Positions 1 to 11,456 of a stretch of DNA of 64,000 nt are shown here, one piece after another. Position 1 is the first letter of the stretch; the number at the start of each line of letters is the position of its first letter. The notes beneath the pieces are model-generated. The model saw only the letters and a program-made list of their open reading frames with translations, ran no database searches and had not been told where the DNA came from. The translations under genes were made by a program, and so were the position numbers. Origin of the DNA: Williopsis jadinii (Eukaryota); assembly GCA_024346625.1 (NCBI GenBank), contig AP024665.1:310001-374000 (forward strand), read 5' to 3'.

Positions 1-1647
1 TGTTTGGTCTGTAGAAGCGAAAATGAGAAGCTCATATTTACAGAGCAATTGGATGCCATCTACAATGAGGTGAATCCCGCACATATTGTTGTTGAAGATG
101 ATAAATACGGTATAGCATTCACCTCACAGCATGTGTTTGATGACACCATGGAGCTTTTGACGTTTAGATGTCAGATTTGTCAAACAGTGGCAAGTGATAT
201 GAAGTCACTCTCCGATCATATAAGACAAGAGCATGAAAAGACCATTTGCACCATATGTTCCCGTTTCAAAAAGGCCTTCCCCTCTGAGCTGAAGATTTAC
301 ACTCAGAAGCAGCTACAGAACCACCAGATGCGTGGTGATGAGAAGGGATTCAAAGGCCACCCGTTGTGTAAATTCTGCAAAGGGAAGAGATTCTACTCTG
401 ATGATGAATTGAGAGTTCATCTGAGAGAGAGCCATGAAAAGTGTCATGTTTGTGACCAATTGGACCCTTCAAATCCACAGTATTTCAAGAATTATGAAGT
501 TTTAGAGGAACACTTCAAGCATGATCATTATAGCTGTCGTGTTCAATCGTGCCTCGATAAGAAGTTTGTTGTTTTTGCTGATGAGCTCGATTTACAAGCC
601 CATATGATCACAGAGCACAGGGAACTCTCGTGGAAGGGACAAGTTGTTGGTACTACTCCTCAGGGTAACAACGTAAATGGTCGTTATCAACTCTCAACAT
701 TCCGTTCGTCCCAGGGATCTTCCTCGTCCCGTAGTGGTTCAACCGCAACGCAAGAGGCTGGAGACTCCATGCAAACCAAACGCATGAGATTCGAAGAAAG
801 GGCAAAGCATTACCTCAATAACTCTGTGGATAAATTTGAAGAATTTACAAGCTTGAACAACAAGTTTCGTAATGGCCAGCTGACTGTTGATGGGTTGAAG
901 GAAGCATATCTGGTGCTCTTCAACAAAAACTCTGAACATGAGGTTTACCTCTTACTTTTTGGTTTCTCGAAGTTATTTCCAGATGGATCAACAAATCAGT
1001 TAAAACTTGCAAGCTTTGTTGAAGAGCATGAAAAGCGAGCAGCACAGGAACACGATTTCCCAGCTTTGCCAGGTTCATCGACCTCGTTATCGTCGTACGG
1101 AGGCTCGAATTGGGGGAACAAACAACCTTCAAAGAAGAACAAGAACTCACGCCAGAACATTCAAGAATTGTTCCCTGCTTTGCCTACAGCAACTTCGTAC
1201 ACACCGGTAAAGACAACTGTCAAATATTCAACCATGACCAACCAATCGAAGCCACCTGTTGTTAAGGTTAACAAAGGTTCAAATGCAAACTTCACGCCTA
1301 CTTATCTGTCCAAGCCAACATCATCTGCTTCGTCGTCGTCGTCTTCTCTAGCATCGCAGAGATCAAGATTGGATGATAACAGCTTTCCTGAATTACCAAA
1401 GGCGCCGCCAAAGAAAACGTTTGAAGCAAGGAATCCTGCCAATAAGTCACAAGTCAGAACTGAAACCACTATTTGGGGAACGTCAATCAAAGCCCAACCT
1501 GCAAGAGACTTATGGGGCAACGTCGTTAACAGCAGTGGTAACAGTAGTAATGGATTCAACTTGGATTCTTTGGATAATGCACTACCAACCAAGGGAAAAG
1601 GCAAGAAGAAAAAGGCACAGGTGTTATTTACAATGGGTGGTAGATAA
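1..1647 (+). CDS. HEL2: Ribosome quality-control E3 ubiquitin ligase Hel2/ZNF598 (5'-partial)
   Basis: Frame open from window edge (CLVCR, end of RING). Multiple C2H2-like fingers, GFKGHPLCKFC..RFYSDDEL..HLRESHEKC motif, FPALP repeats, C-terminal KGKKKK. Convergent with PEX10 as in S. cerevisiae YDR266C/YDR265W. Confidence 0.93.
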   Translation, partial: CLVCRSENEKLIFTEQLDAIYNEVNPAHIVVEDDKYGIAFTSQHVFDDTMELLTFRCQICQTVASDMKSLSDHIRQEHEKTICTICSRFKKAFPSELKIYTQKQLQNHQMRGDEKGFKGHPLCKFCKGKRFYSDDELRVHLRESHEKCHVCDQLDPSNPQYFKNYEVLEEHFKHDHYSCRVQSCLDKKFVVFADELDLQAHMITEHRELSWKGQVVGTTPQGNNVNGRYQLSTFRSSQGSSSSRSGSTATQEAGDSMQTKRMRFEERAKHYLNNSVDKFEEFTSLNNKFRNGQLTVDGLKEAYLVLFNKNSEHEVYLLLFGFSKLFPDGSTNQLKLASFVEEHEKRAAQEHDFPALPGSSTSLSSYGGSNWGNKQPSKKNKNSRQNIQELFPALPTATSYTPVKTTVKYSTMTNQSKPPVVKVNKGSNANFTPTYLSKPTSSASSSSSSLASQRSRLDDNSFPELPKAPPKKTFEARNPANKSQVRTETTIWGTSIKAQPARDLWGNVVNSSGNSSNGFNLDSLDNALPTKGKGKKKKAQVLFTMGGR

Positions 1648-1668
1648 GTTAGGTGATTTTAGATAAGT

Positions 1669-1680
1669 TATATATATATA
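1669..1680. terminator. (TA)6 3'-end efficiency element shared by convergent HEL2 and PEX10
   Basis: TATATATATATA in the 67-bp gap between the two stop codons; TATATA is the yeast polyadenylation efficiency element. Confidence 0.5.
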
Positions 1681-1714
1681 CGTACATCCGTGTCTCTTTG
1701 CCATAGAAAAGGTA

Positions 1715-2750
1715 TTATCGTAGGGGTAATATGCTCTGTTCTGTCAGTGCCTGTCTGCAGAGAGGGCATTCTGGATGGTCTCTACTCCAATCAGATATAC
1801 AATTCCAACAGAATAAGTGACCACATGGGGCACAGCTTGGATTTGTCATTGGACTCAGACAGAGCATACAGTTTCTTGAGAAATCAGGTATGAACTTCAA
1901 CAACTTTGGGTTTGAAAGATCAATGTCATTTGAGGGAACAGATGGTGGTACCCCGGTGATATTATCTGATGCTTCAGTGTTTGACTTTTTTGTACGATCA
2001 TTCTGGAAAGATTCTGAGAAGTGCTTTATTGCTTTGAAAGCAATTTGTGTGAAGATCAATCCTCCAAGGAGTTCATACCCACCTCTTGAAAGTTGCTCTT
2101 CTTTATCAACTTTATGACCAAAAGCGTAGCGCAACCCAAATATACGCTTAGCCAGGTCATAGTATGCGCCGTTGAAGTAGAACAAAGCCAGATGAACATT
2201 CAAAAGAGTATCTAAAATCTTTGAATAGCTTAAAGATTGGAACCAATTCTTCTTGCTAGAGGCATCTTCTCCGTCATCAACCGGCAATAGCCTTCTTAAA
2301 ATTCTGGTAATCACATAGGGAATGATTGAATACGACGCCAAGAATCCCAATCTTCTCAACAGCTTCGGAATCCTTTTACCATCCCTGGTGACATACATCA
2401 AATCCGTGTACTCCTCTCCTAGGGTCCTGGACCCAAGAACTGTTGTCAATCCAACGTATAGCGCCTTTGCAGCCACTGTGATCTCGTCAGGATGTGTATG
2501 GATGAATCTCTGACCTGTCAGAACTTGTACAGCCCCTTGAACTTTATCACGGAGTACGGATTCAAAATACGAATCCTTTTGATGTGCACGCACTGGGTAA
2601 TATTAGTACAAGTGTGCTTAGAAGTTGCAATGCTGGTGAGGTCCACTTACCTATACTGGGAGCATCTGCAAATGGCAAAACATGGTCCTGGACTGGAACA
2701 AGTGCCTCCTTGTCGCTCTTTAGGCCATCACTCTCCAGGCCTTCACTCAT
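1715..2750 (-). CDS. PEX10: Peroxin 10, peroxisomal RING E3 ligase; 2 exons (2750-2651, 2592-1715), 325 aa
   Basis: 58-nt intron GTAAGT..TACTAAT..CAG joins LPFADAPSI to VRAHQKD. TLGEEY motif; C-terminal C3HC4 RING (CMLC..CGHLFCWNCI..ECPLCR). Confidence 0.95.
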
Positions 2751-2955
2751 CGCGACCTTGAATTGGTTGTCTATACGCGCGAGCTGGAGACAGTCCCAGT
2801 CAACGTGCTGTGTCGGTTGTTTTTTTTATCTATGAACTGTTTGTGGAGAAGGATCACCTACAAAATGGACCGAGGAGAAGTCGCGCATACAAACACCTCT
2901 ACACCCATAAACCGGAGCATTATATTATAAATTACATTATAGATCAAGAAGAACG

Positions 2956-5181
2956 TTAATGATTGGAACTTTGTTGTCGGTCAGTATTACCATTATCAAG
3001 AACATTGTATAGCAAATCGTCGAGGAATTGGCCATTGCTATTGCTGTTAGTCATTCCAGCAATGTCCTTGAGGAAATCGTCTGCGTTACTAGAGTCATAG
3101 CCCGAGGTGGATGTACTCACACTGGAAGGGTTCGGCAACGATTCAACCTTTGGGAATAGCCAATCCTGGAACCGTAGGATATTTTCAAAGTTCTCGTGGT
3201 TATTTTCCGGTTCGTTATTGTCTGCTGATGGTTTCTTAACTTCTGTAGCATTCAGCATGCTTTGTAATATGATAGAGTATCTCTTAGACTGCGGATCCAA
3301 CTTACCACAATGGTCTAATACTTTGATAATGGAAGACATTGCGTTTGATATCATCGCGTCTTTATCAACAACGATACTAGGGTCATCTGCAAACATCTCA
3401 TCGTCAATGCCACGATGTTTCAACAGCAGTAAGAGGCCCAAAACCAAGCCTGCATGGAATGTGCAGGACACAAGACTCATTGGTTTGAAAGGATGAATGT
3501 TTTGATAGTAACAGTATTCCACTGTCTTAATGACAAGCAACGATGCCTTAATACAGCTTTGATAAAAGCTTTTCAGGTGTGAGATCCGTGTTGGATCTGG
3601 AGTATAGTTAACAAGGCCAAGTTTGTTTAGAATGACAAAGTGGAAAAATGGCCTTGACAAAAGCACAATACTGTGGAGATAAATAACATATGGCAACAAG
3701 AATTTATGATCAACTGGTGCCGATGATACTTCCAAAGACATTGGTTTCACAGGATTTCGTAATGCATATAGCTTCAACTGAACAGCTAATTTGAGGGCAC
3801 TCTTTATGGTCACCGAGGGATTAAAGTAGATGTTTCTCAACACTTCACTATTGAGAAGACAGACTTGTAGTAGCTTTTGAGAGAAGTCATCAATCGACTG
3901 TAAAGATTGCATGTCATCCCACTCATTTTCTCTTAGAGTCATCGAACGTCCCAAATGAACTGCTGAAAGAGTATCCATGATGAAAAGACTTATAAATAAA
4001 CGTCTTCTGTGAAGAACAACAGCTGAGCTTTTGAAGGATTCGTTTACATATTTTCTTTGAAGCCCTAAGCCCTGAGCATGTCTGATTGCATTCCCTAGTT
4101 TGACCCATGCCAAATGTTTAAACCCAGCAAAATGGTAATAGAAAAATATCAACAAATGAGTTTCCACAAGCCATAAATCTCCATCTTCCAAGACACTATT
4201 CAGAATGGTGTTAGCCGACTGGAAAAACTCAACGTGTTCAATGTATTGACTCTTGGGGAAGGGGAAAACGTTCGTCAGGAGTTCAGCTTTGGCAAAGATG
4301 GAACCTATAGCCAATATTAGCATAAGGATACACTTGTCATGTTCCTTATTGCGTGAGCGGTAAATGTCATCAACGAATTTCGGAATTGCAGAGTAATCAA
4401 CTATGTATAGGACATTGTTCAAATTGTTCATAAAAGTTCGTACAAGGTAATCTGTATATTCCCTTGATGGTAGTGGGACCTTGGTACCGTTAAGCACAAT
4501 GGCAGTACGGTCGTTGTACCTCAGTCTCTCAGGATCATCGGAGAATGATTGATGACCCAGGACTTTACTAAACAGTTTTCTGCATTGTAAGAGGTAGGAT
4601 ATTCCACAACTTTCACCTAAGAATCTTAAATTTCCACCATCGTCAAACAACAGTCTCCAATTTTGGTCAGATCCCAATGAAACAATTGCATCATCATGTC
4701 CCTCTGTGATATTCAAGGGGAAGCTCAAAAGAGGCTGTAAAGACGAAGGGATCCGTGCAGCATCTTTTGTGTTGATAAAAGGATTTGAGTCTATAGTAGA
4801 CAAGTGATCTCGTTGCTGCTGTTGTCCTGGTTCTTGTCTATCTTCGGACACAGTACCAGGTGTTTCTGACAACACACTCGAGTTATCGATTGGCGTGCCT
4901 CCAGATGATTCAGTGAATGACTCAGGACCCAAACTGTTCTTCTTTGAAGATTTTAAAATTCGTTTATCGATAGCGGTATATTCGCATGTAAACCCTTTTG
5001 CATGACACACGTTACACGGTTGTAATCCATTACACTTCTGCTTCCTTCTTTTACACTTATCACACGCTTGCGCAACCTTTTTCCTCTTATCTGGGGGTAT
5101 TATTCTCGACTTCTTTTTCCTTCCACTAGCGTCTACTCCTGTCTTCCCTTTGTACTCAACCAACACTTTCGGTTGAGACAT
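2956..5181 (-). CDS. Zn(II)2Cys6 fungal transcription factor with Fungal_trans middle domain
   Basis: ACDKCKRRKQKCNGLQPCNVCHAKGFTCEY zinc cluster; AIRHAQGLGLQR..RRRLFISLFIMD middle homology region. Confidence 0.92.
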   Translation of the reverse strand: MSQPKVLVEYKGKTGVDASGRKKKSRIIPPDKRKKVAQACDKCKRRKQKCNGLQPCNVCHAKGFTCEYTAIDKRILKSSKKNSLGPESFTESSGGTPIDNSSVLSETPGTVSEDRQEPGQQQQRDHLSTIDSNPFINTKDAARIPSSLQPLLSFPLNITEGHDDAIVSLGSDQNWRLLFDDGGNLRFLGESCGISYLLQCRKLFSKVLGHQSFSDDPERLRYNDRTAIVLNGTKVPLPSREYTDYLVRTFMNNLNNVLYIVDYSAIPKFVDDIYRSRNKEHDKCILMLILAIGSIFAKAELLTNVFPFPKSQYIEHVEFFQSANTILNSVLEDGDLWLVETHLLIFFYYHFAGFKHLAWVKLGNAIRHAQGLGLQRKYVNESFKSSAVVLHRRRLFISLFIMDTLSAVHLGRSMTLRENEWDDMQSLQSIDDFSQKLLQVCLLNSEVLRNIYFNPSVTIKSALKLAVQLKLYALRNPVKPMSLEVSSAPVDHKFLLPYVIYLHSIVLLSRPFFHFVILNKLGLVNYTPDPTRISHLKSFYQSCIKASLLVIKTVEYCYYQNIHPFKPMSLVSCTFHAGLVLGLLLLLKHRGIDDEMFADDPSIVVDKDAMISNAMSSIIKVLDHCGKLDPQSKRYSIILQSMLNATEVKKPSADNNEPENNHENFENILRFQDWLFPKVESLPNPSSVSTSTSGYDSSNADDFLKDIAGMTNSNSNGQFLDDLLYNVLDNGNTDRQQSSNH

Positions 5182-5939
5182 CCCGTGTTATCGAAGTGGT
5201 GCTTTAATACCCGTTCTTTTCCTTTGGTTAAAATGTGTCCGTGACTCGTCTCCAAGGCGGAAACGTTAACAGTCGTCTATGTAACTCCAACAGTACTAAT
5301 GCAACAATACGGGGGAAAGGAGTGGTCAAACGTTGTTGTTGACAGTTAGGTTGATGAAAGACAAAGGAAAAACACACTTCAGCATACAATGCAGGCGATG
5401 AAATCCAACCATACTACAATTATCCCGACTTGAATTTGCCTGTTCGGAGGAAGAGCGCAAAAAAAGCGACACTCCATTGGAAAAGTTATTGTGGGCAGGG
5501 AATTTACGTTCGACGTCCTTAGCATTCGAGTTTTTATTTATACCCTACTTTTCTCCCTTCTTATTTTGGCCATTGGTGTGAGTACTTATCAAGTCAAGTT
5601 AAACACCGATGAATCGACGATCTCTCAATTATTAACGGTGTCTCAATCCAGCTTACCGGATATCTGCTTGTACGGACTTATGATATTTTTCCTTAATATA
5701 TACGTATCGTATTTTTTACAAAGAGATGAGTGCTCTGGGTAGGCGGGCCCCGGACGTAAAACTATGCCCATTGGCGGATAGGATATTTTCTACAGTCTTC
5801 CAAGCCCTCGGTATACCGATCCTTGACGCATTTTGGTCACCAGCGGTGTTATAGAACCAATAGAAAGGGTTTTAAAACAGAAACACCGACATGGTGTTGA
5901 CCCTCGGTGGGTATGCTGAGTGTAGATTTACGAGTGTTG

Positions 5940-8900
5940 CGGAAAATTACATGCGATGGTTCTGTAGAGGCGCAAAGCTGAGGTACGTCAATTAGAGAAT
6001 GCTGTGAGTTTTCGACCAGTGTGAGGATCATGGTACTAGAGCATGGGAGTTCTCGGTCGATCACCAGAGTGGCTTGTATCCAGCGTATTAACCACGTGCA
6101 TAGGTTACAGGCTGTTTAATCACTGTCTATTCCATGATTGAATATCAATGATAGATGGCGAAACTTGCACAGACCAGTAAAATATTCCACTGAACATAGC
6201 CTTCGGGTGGATTTATAGAAACAGTTCAAGCTCCATGGGGACGAGAATGTCAAGAAGTGCCCCTGAGGTTAGAACTGAGTGATCATAGCCAACCATCTAA
6301 ACCACCGGTTCTAATCTGCATGTGACGAAAATACGACTCAGTACAGGCAACGTTTCAGTTCCCCAGAGCGCACCTTTACTTAACAGCCATGATAGCATAG
6401 GCCAAACCGATTCATTTGGCTTTTGTCGGCAACCAACATCCGGGTGAACATAAAATGGGTGATGCTAAACTTATTTTAACCCACCAACGTGTTTCCACCT
6501 ATGTGAAACCATTCACTTATAGCTCCTTCAAGCACACCCAAGAGCCAATAAGAAAGTTTCTTTTTTGGAAGATGCGTGAACATTTCTTTAGAGGCCTTAA
6601 ATTCTTGAACTCAGATTTGCACCCAATTCAAGGTGCCCCATGGGTTAAAACTATGCTTAGGCATCAAGTACTCACTAAACCAAATGCTTCATACTATTCT
6701 TTTCTTGATTGTGGCATTAGGTCCTGGAGTACATACATTCAAGGGGGCAATACATAGAAGAGGTATCCCTTATAATGTGTATTTCAGAAGCAAACTGCGG
6801 CTGAATAGTCCTGAAATTTGTTCCGAATAAGGGTGGTGTATTTCATGACGATTCAAAAGGAAGAGGCCAAAGAAGAAAAACAAAAACAAAGCCAGAAAAA
6901 GAAAACCGGATCCCACAAGGTACACCTTGCATTATGTGCTCATATACAGAGTCCAGAGTACATGCTACAAGCTATAAATTTCTGATTGGTTGACGTGAAA
7001 AGTGGAAACTTGGAATAGAAAATTTGGAAATAACGCCCGTGGGATGCCTTAGTGAACTTAGAAGGTCTAGAGCTTTCTGAGAGTAAAAACTCAACTGTAA
7101 AAGCACGGAGTCCCGTGGTTACCAGAAACGGAAAATTCAGAAGGCTTGTCTCCAGACATCGCCCTGACCCGGTATCACAGGTTTTCAAAGCAACCCGGAG
7201 AAACTTTTCTTTTGAAAAATATCGTAGTGGATCAATAATATGCACCTCGAACTCTTTTGGGCCAATCCTCGGAAAATTATTCCGTGAAACTTTAATTGTA
7301 AACAAAATAACACACAGTGTCGGGTAAACTAACATTGCCTTGTTCACCTTTCTGACCTCTCGGCTGGATGAATTCCAAGACTTCACCTTCCGAGGGACCA
7401 ATTTTTTTTTAGTAATACATCAGTTGTTCATGCTTTGTTGGAGAAAGGAATCGCTAAGCCGTCCAACAAGGCGCAATCTCCAGAATGTAGGTGGCAGACA
7501 CCCCAACTTACGGATACACATGCATTGGGGGGGGGGGGTTTCATCAGCCAGCCTATAAACTTTTAGTATTCCAACTCAATCTGTTCGGTTATATTAATAA
7601 TTGTTCCTTTTGGAATGCTGGTCCGATAATTTACGAGTTAAGATTTGATTACTGAACCGATCTTCGCATCTTCGTCTACCCAATGGATTCAACAATAACC
7701 ATTTTTATTGCATCCTGGAACCATTTGGCCCTTTCTATTTGATATTCATTTATAGTAAAAGATAACACATGATGATGTGTTAAAGAACTAAGTGTAATTG
7801 TTCTGATTGTAATACATATTCCAGAACAGATGAACATGGATTACCCATAATCTTAGGCAAACTATTGTAGGAGCTCAGTAACAGTAAACAAAACACCAAC
7901 AAGCACTGGTTATCAAAATCCCCGCTGCTAAGTAAAGTAGTATGTGCGTTGGAGGCTCTGATTCGTATACTAAAGGGCTGTAACAATCAGGCAACGGCAA
8001 ATGGTTAAACTCAAGGTGTTGACTCCGATATTGATGAATAATATCGCCAATGAACTTTCATAACATGATTTTTGAGAGATGGACATCCTCAAGACCTTTA
8101 CCAGATGCCATCGTCATATGGGCAGATTCAAAGTCGTACGGTTAAAACTTAACCTGTGAAATCAGTAAATTAACCATCGTCTAACCTTTTGAAAGTCAAC
8201 AGGAGGTGACCAAGATCTACAGCAAGCGGTAAAGACAGAGATACATCTGTACAAGTTTTTCCGGATACATACTCTACAGCGATCATGCACCTTGAAACAT
8301 GTATAACTTGTAGTTGTGCACAACCAATACAACCTGCTGACAGCAGTTTCATACTCTAGATTTTGATTCCCTCACAAAATATTAGGTTCAACGGAAAATT
8401 GGCCACATGAACCCACCTTTAATCGGGTGGAAATTATTCCGGATTTTTTTTTATTTGCAGGCAGAGGCGCCGACTTGTAGCCACCAGCCCCAAGGCTCAG
8501 GTTTTCCAAAAATCCCAATTTCCTATTACACCCGCCTTGGGACTTTTCTACAACATTAATCGGTGGTATTCTGCTATTTCTTGCGAGGAAAAATGCCAGG
8601 ATTATGAGTATGTATGTAAAGTTATGGAACCTGGCTTTTGTAGTTTTTTAATCTCAGTGGCAAATGGTATAACTGTTGCTACGGAAGCTCTACATATTGT
8701 TCAGTTTTATTGGAACTCTCAAGAGATGTAACATAGCGGACAAAACCTGGTGAGAATATGCATGCAAATGCGAAAGTCACCAGAGTGAAAAGAAAAGTTT
8801 TTCCGGAGTGTCTATACCATTTAAGTTCAACTAGCCGCAGGAAAAAGAAAAAAATACACACAAACGGGGAGCACTTCAAATGATTGATACTCTAGAGTGG

Positions 8901-9226
8901 ATACTAGAAAATTAACACTTTCAGTGAGTAAGTACCTTGATAATGATGACTAGAAGCAAATGTGTCGTATGGGTGACTCAAGCCCATCTAGCTCAAAATT
9001 CAAATACTTTAAGCCCTTGATCACGAGTTTGCCAATTTTCAAATCCTGTCAGTGGGGGTGTTAATTTAACCTTCACAGCCTTGCGTGGCATCGGCATCCA
9101 GTATGTAGGATCATATGATTACATTGTACATTTCTTTACAGCTGTTAAACCGGACGCTGTCCCATGGGGGATATACTCCGGGGGAGAAGTAAGGTCATGG
9201 GGAACCTTCCCTGAAAACCTATAAAA
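5940..9226 (+). promoter_or_regulatory. Long glucose-regulated HXT-type promoter with clustered Rgt1-like (CGGANNA) and Mig1/STRE-like G-box sites and TATA
   Basis: CGGANNA on either strand at 5940, 6819, 7129, 7196, 7270, 7278, 8257, 8392, 8435, 8737, 8799, 9174. G-boxes GTGGGGG ~9052 and CCGGGGG ~9178. TATAAAA ~9220, about 95 bp upstream of the transporter ATG. Confidence 0.6.
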
Positions 9227-9315
9227 GGAAACAACTTCCTCTCATATTTTTGCCTCAGTCTCCTTCTTTTTAATCATCATCGCTAATCGCATTCAGATTA
9301 TTACAACTCCAAATA

Positions 9316-11016
9316 ATGTCTGCTGTTGAACAACAAGAAAATCAACTGCAGTCTCAAGCAATTGACTCTGGTGTTATGACACCAGCATCTTATGATGAAA
9401 CCCAGTCCAAGGCCGATGATTCTTCTGTCGACAACCAGGTCCCAGTCGATATCCCAGCAAAGCCAGCCTCTGCATACATTACTGTGTGTCTTTTATGTCT
9501 TATGGTTGCCTTTGGTGGTTTCGTCTTTGGTTGGGATACCGGTACGATTTCCGGTTTCGTTAACATGCCAGATTTCATTAAGAGATTTGGTCAGGTTAAG
9601 AGTAATGGTGAGCACTACTTGTCCAATGTTAGAACTGGTTTGATTGTTTCCATCTTTAACATTGGTTGTGCTTTCGGTTCCGTCTTCCTTTCTAAAGCTG
9701 CTGATATGTACGGTCGTCGTATCGGTTTGATGATTATGATGGTTATCTACATTGTTGGTATTTTGATTCAAATCACCGCTGTGAGCAAATGGTACCAGTA
9801 CTTCATCGGAAGAATTATTTCTGGTCTTGCTGTTGGTGGTATCGGTGTTATTTCTCCATTGTTCATCTCCGAATCTGCACCAAAGCACATTCGTCCGGCA
9901 CTTGTTTCCTCTTACCAATTGATGATTACATTTGGTATCTTCTTGGGTTACTGTACTAACTACGGTACCAAGACCTACGACAACACCGCACAATGGAGAA
10001 TCGCTCTTGGTTTGTGTTTCTTCTGGGCTCTTTTGATGATTACAGGTATGGTGTTCATGCCAGAATCTCCAAGATACTTGATTAAGAAGGGTCGTCTGGA
10101 TGATGCCAGAAAGTCCCTTGCTTACTCCAACAGAGTCCCAGCTGATGACCCAGCCATTTTCGCCGAAGTTGAGGAGATCAACGCTGCTCTTTTGAAGGAG
10201 GATGCTGCTGGTAAGGCCTCATGGATGGAACTTATCAAGGGTAAGCCAAAGATTGGTTACCGTGTCCTTTGTGGTATTCTGTTGATGTCTTTGCAACAAC
10301 TTACTGGTAACAACTACTTCTTCTACTATGGTACTACCATTTTCCAAGCTGTTGGTTTGAATGACTCTTTCCAAACATCTATTGTCTTGGGTATCGTGAA
10401 CTTTGCATCTACCATCATTGCTATTTACTCCGTCAACAAGCTTGGTGGTCGTAAGTCTCTTTTGATCGGATGTGTTGGTATGATTGTCTGTTTCGTTATT
10501 TTCGCATCTCTTGGTGTCACCAAATTGTATCCACATGGTAGAGATGAAGCATCTGACAAGGGTACCGGTAATGCTATGATTTTCTTCGCATGTATCTACA
10601 TCTTCTTCTTCGCCACCACATGGGGTCCATGTTGTTTCGTTGTCGTTTCTGAGATCTACCCAATCAGAATTAAGTCCAAAGCCATGGGTATTGCCACTGC
10701 ATCCAACTGGCTTTGGGGTTTCCTTATCGCTTTCTTCACTCCATTTATCACATCTGCCATTAACTTCTACTACGGTTATGTCTTTTTGGGATGTTTGGTC
10801 TTCGCCTTCTTCTTTGTCTACTTCACCATTCCAACCACTACTGGTTTGACCTTGGAAGAGGTTGATGAGATGTACGCCACCGGTGTTAAGGCATGGAAGT
10901 CTGCTTCCTTTGTCCCATCCAGAGACTTCACCCAGGAAAAGGCTTTCCTCAAGGCTAAGTCCGAGGAGGTGGAAAACGTTAATGCTGAAAACACACCTCT
11001 ACCAAACTACAGCTAA
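9316..11016 (+). CDS. HXT: Hexose transporter (MFS sugar porter, HXT family)
   Basis: [23 protein letters not shown] and [13 protein letters not shown] motifs; strong codon bias; adjacent to ArgRS like S. cerevisiae HXT7/YDR341C. Confidence 0.96.
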   Translation: MSAVEQQENQLQSQAIDSGVMTPASYDETQSKADDSSVDNQVPVDIPAKPASAYITVCLLCLMVAFGGFVFGWDTGTISGFVNMPDFIKRFGQVKSNGEHYLSNVRTGLIVSIFNIGCAFGSVFLSKAADMYGRRIGLMIMMVIYIVGILIQITAVSKWYQYFIGRIISGLAVGGIGVISPLFISESAPKHIRPALVSSYQLMITFGIFLGYCTNYGTKTYDNTAQWRIALGLCFFWALLMITGMVFMPESPRYLIKKGRLDDARKSLAYSNRVPADDPAIFAEVEEINAALLKEDAAGKASWMELIKGKPKIGYRVLCGILLMSLQQLTGNNYFFYYGTTIFQAVGLNDSFQTSIVLGIVNFASTIIAIYSVNKLGGRKSLLIGCVGMIVCFVIFASLGVTKLYPHGRDEASDKGTGNAMIFFACIYIFFFATTWGPCCFVVVSEIYPIRIKSKAMGIATASNWLWGFLIAFFTPFITSAINFYYGYVFLGCLVFAFFFVYFTIPTTTGLTLEEVDEMYATGVKAWKSASFVPSRDFTQEKAFLKAKSEEVENVNAENTPLPNYS

Positions 11017-11332
11017 TAAGGTTCGCAATGAGGACGTTTTAACGACTGTTACGAAAATTGCTTCTATACCATAATCATGTTTTTTTATAGAGTCATGGCC
11101 ATAGTGGCAAGGTCTTCTGAGGCCCAATGATAATAGACTACAAATATAATATTTTGTTCAAAAAAAACAACAACTGTAGATTTGTTAAGCTCAAGCTCCA
11201 ATACACACACAGAACATTGAAGTATGAATGGCTGTGATTTGTTGATGTTGGGAGTGCTTTCTCAGTATGTGCGCCCAGCGTAAGAGCCGTCGGTACGCCC
11301 ACGGCTTCTCCCGTGTCCGACGACAAAATCTG

Positions 11333-11340
11333 GCGATGAG
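11333..11340 (+). promoter_or_regulatory. PAC element upstream of ArgRS
   Basis: GCGATGAG followed by a poly(A) tract, about 120 bp upstream of the first ATG. Confidence 0.45.
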
Positions 11341-11456
11341 TCGAAGTTTGCAAAGCGGCCAAAAAAAAAAAAAAAACAGGCACACACAAAACTGGTCAAA
11401 AGTTTTTAGAGCAGTTGTAGAAATTTCTTTTCTTTCCTTTTGTTTGTTGTTTGTGC

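Noticed and set aside
7763..7806. ATGATGA...CTGA box C/D-like pair and an 8-bp hairpin
   Set aside because: Too short for a snoRNA and no recognisable rRNA guide sequence.
5491..8879. Many 60-150-aa ORFs in the HXT upstream region
   Set aside because: Mostly non-ATG starts, no codon bias or recognisable motifs; treated as spurious.
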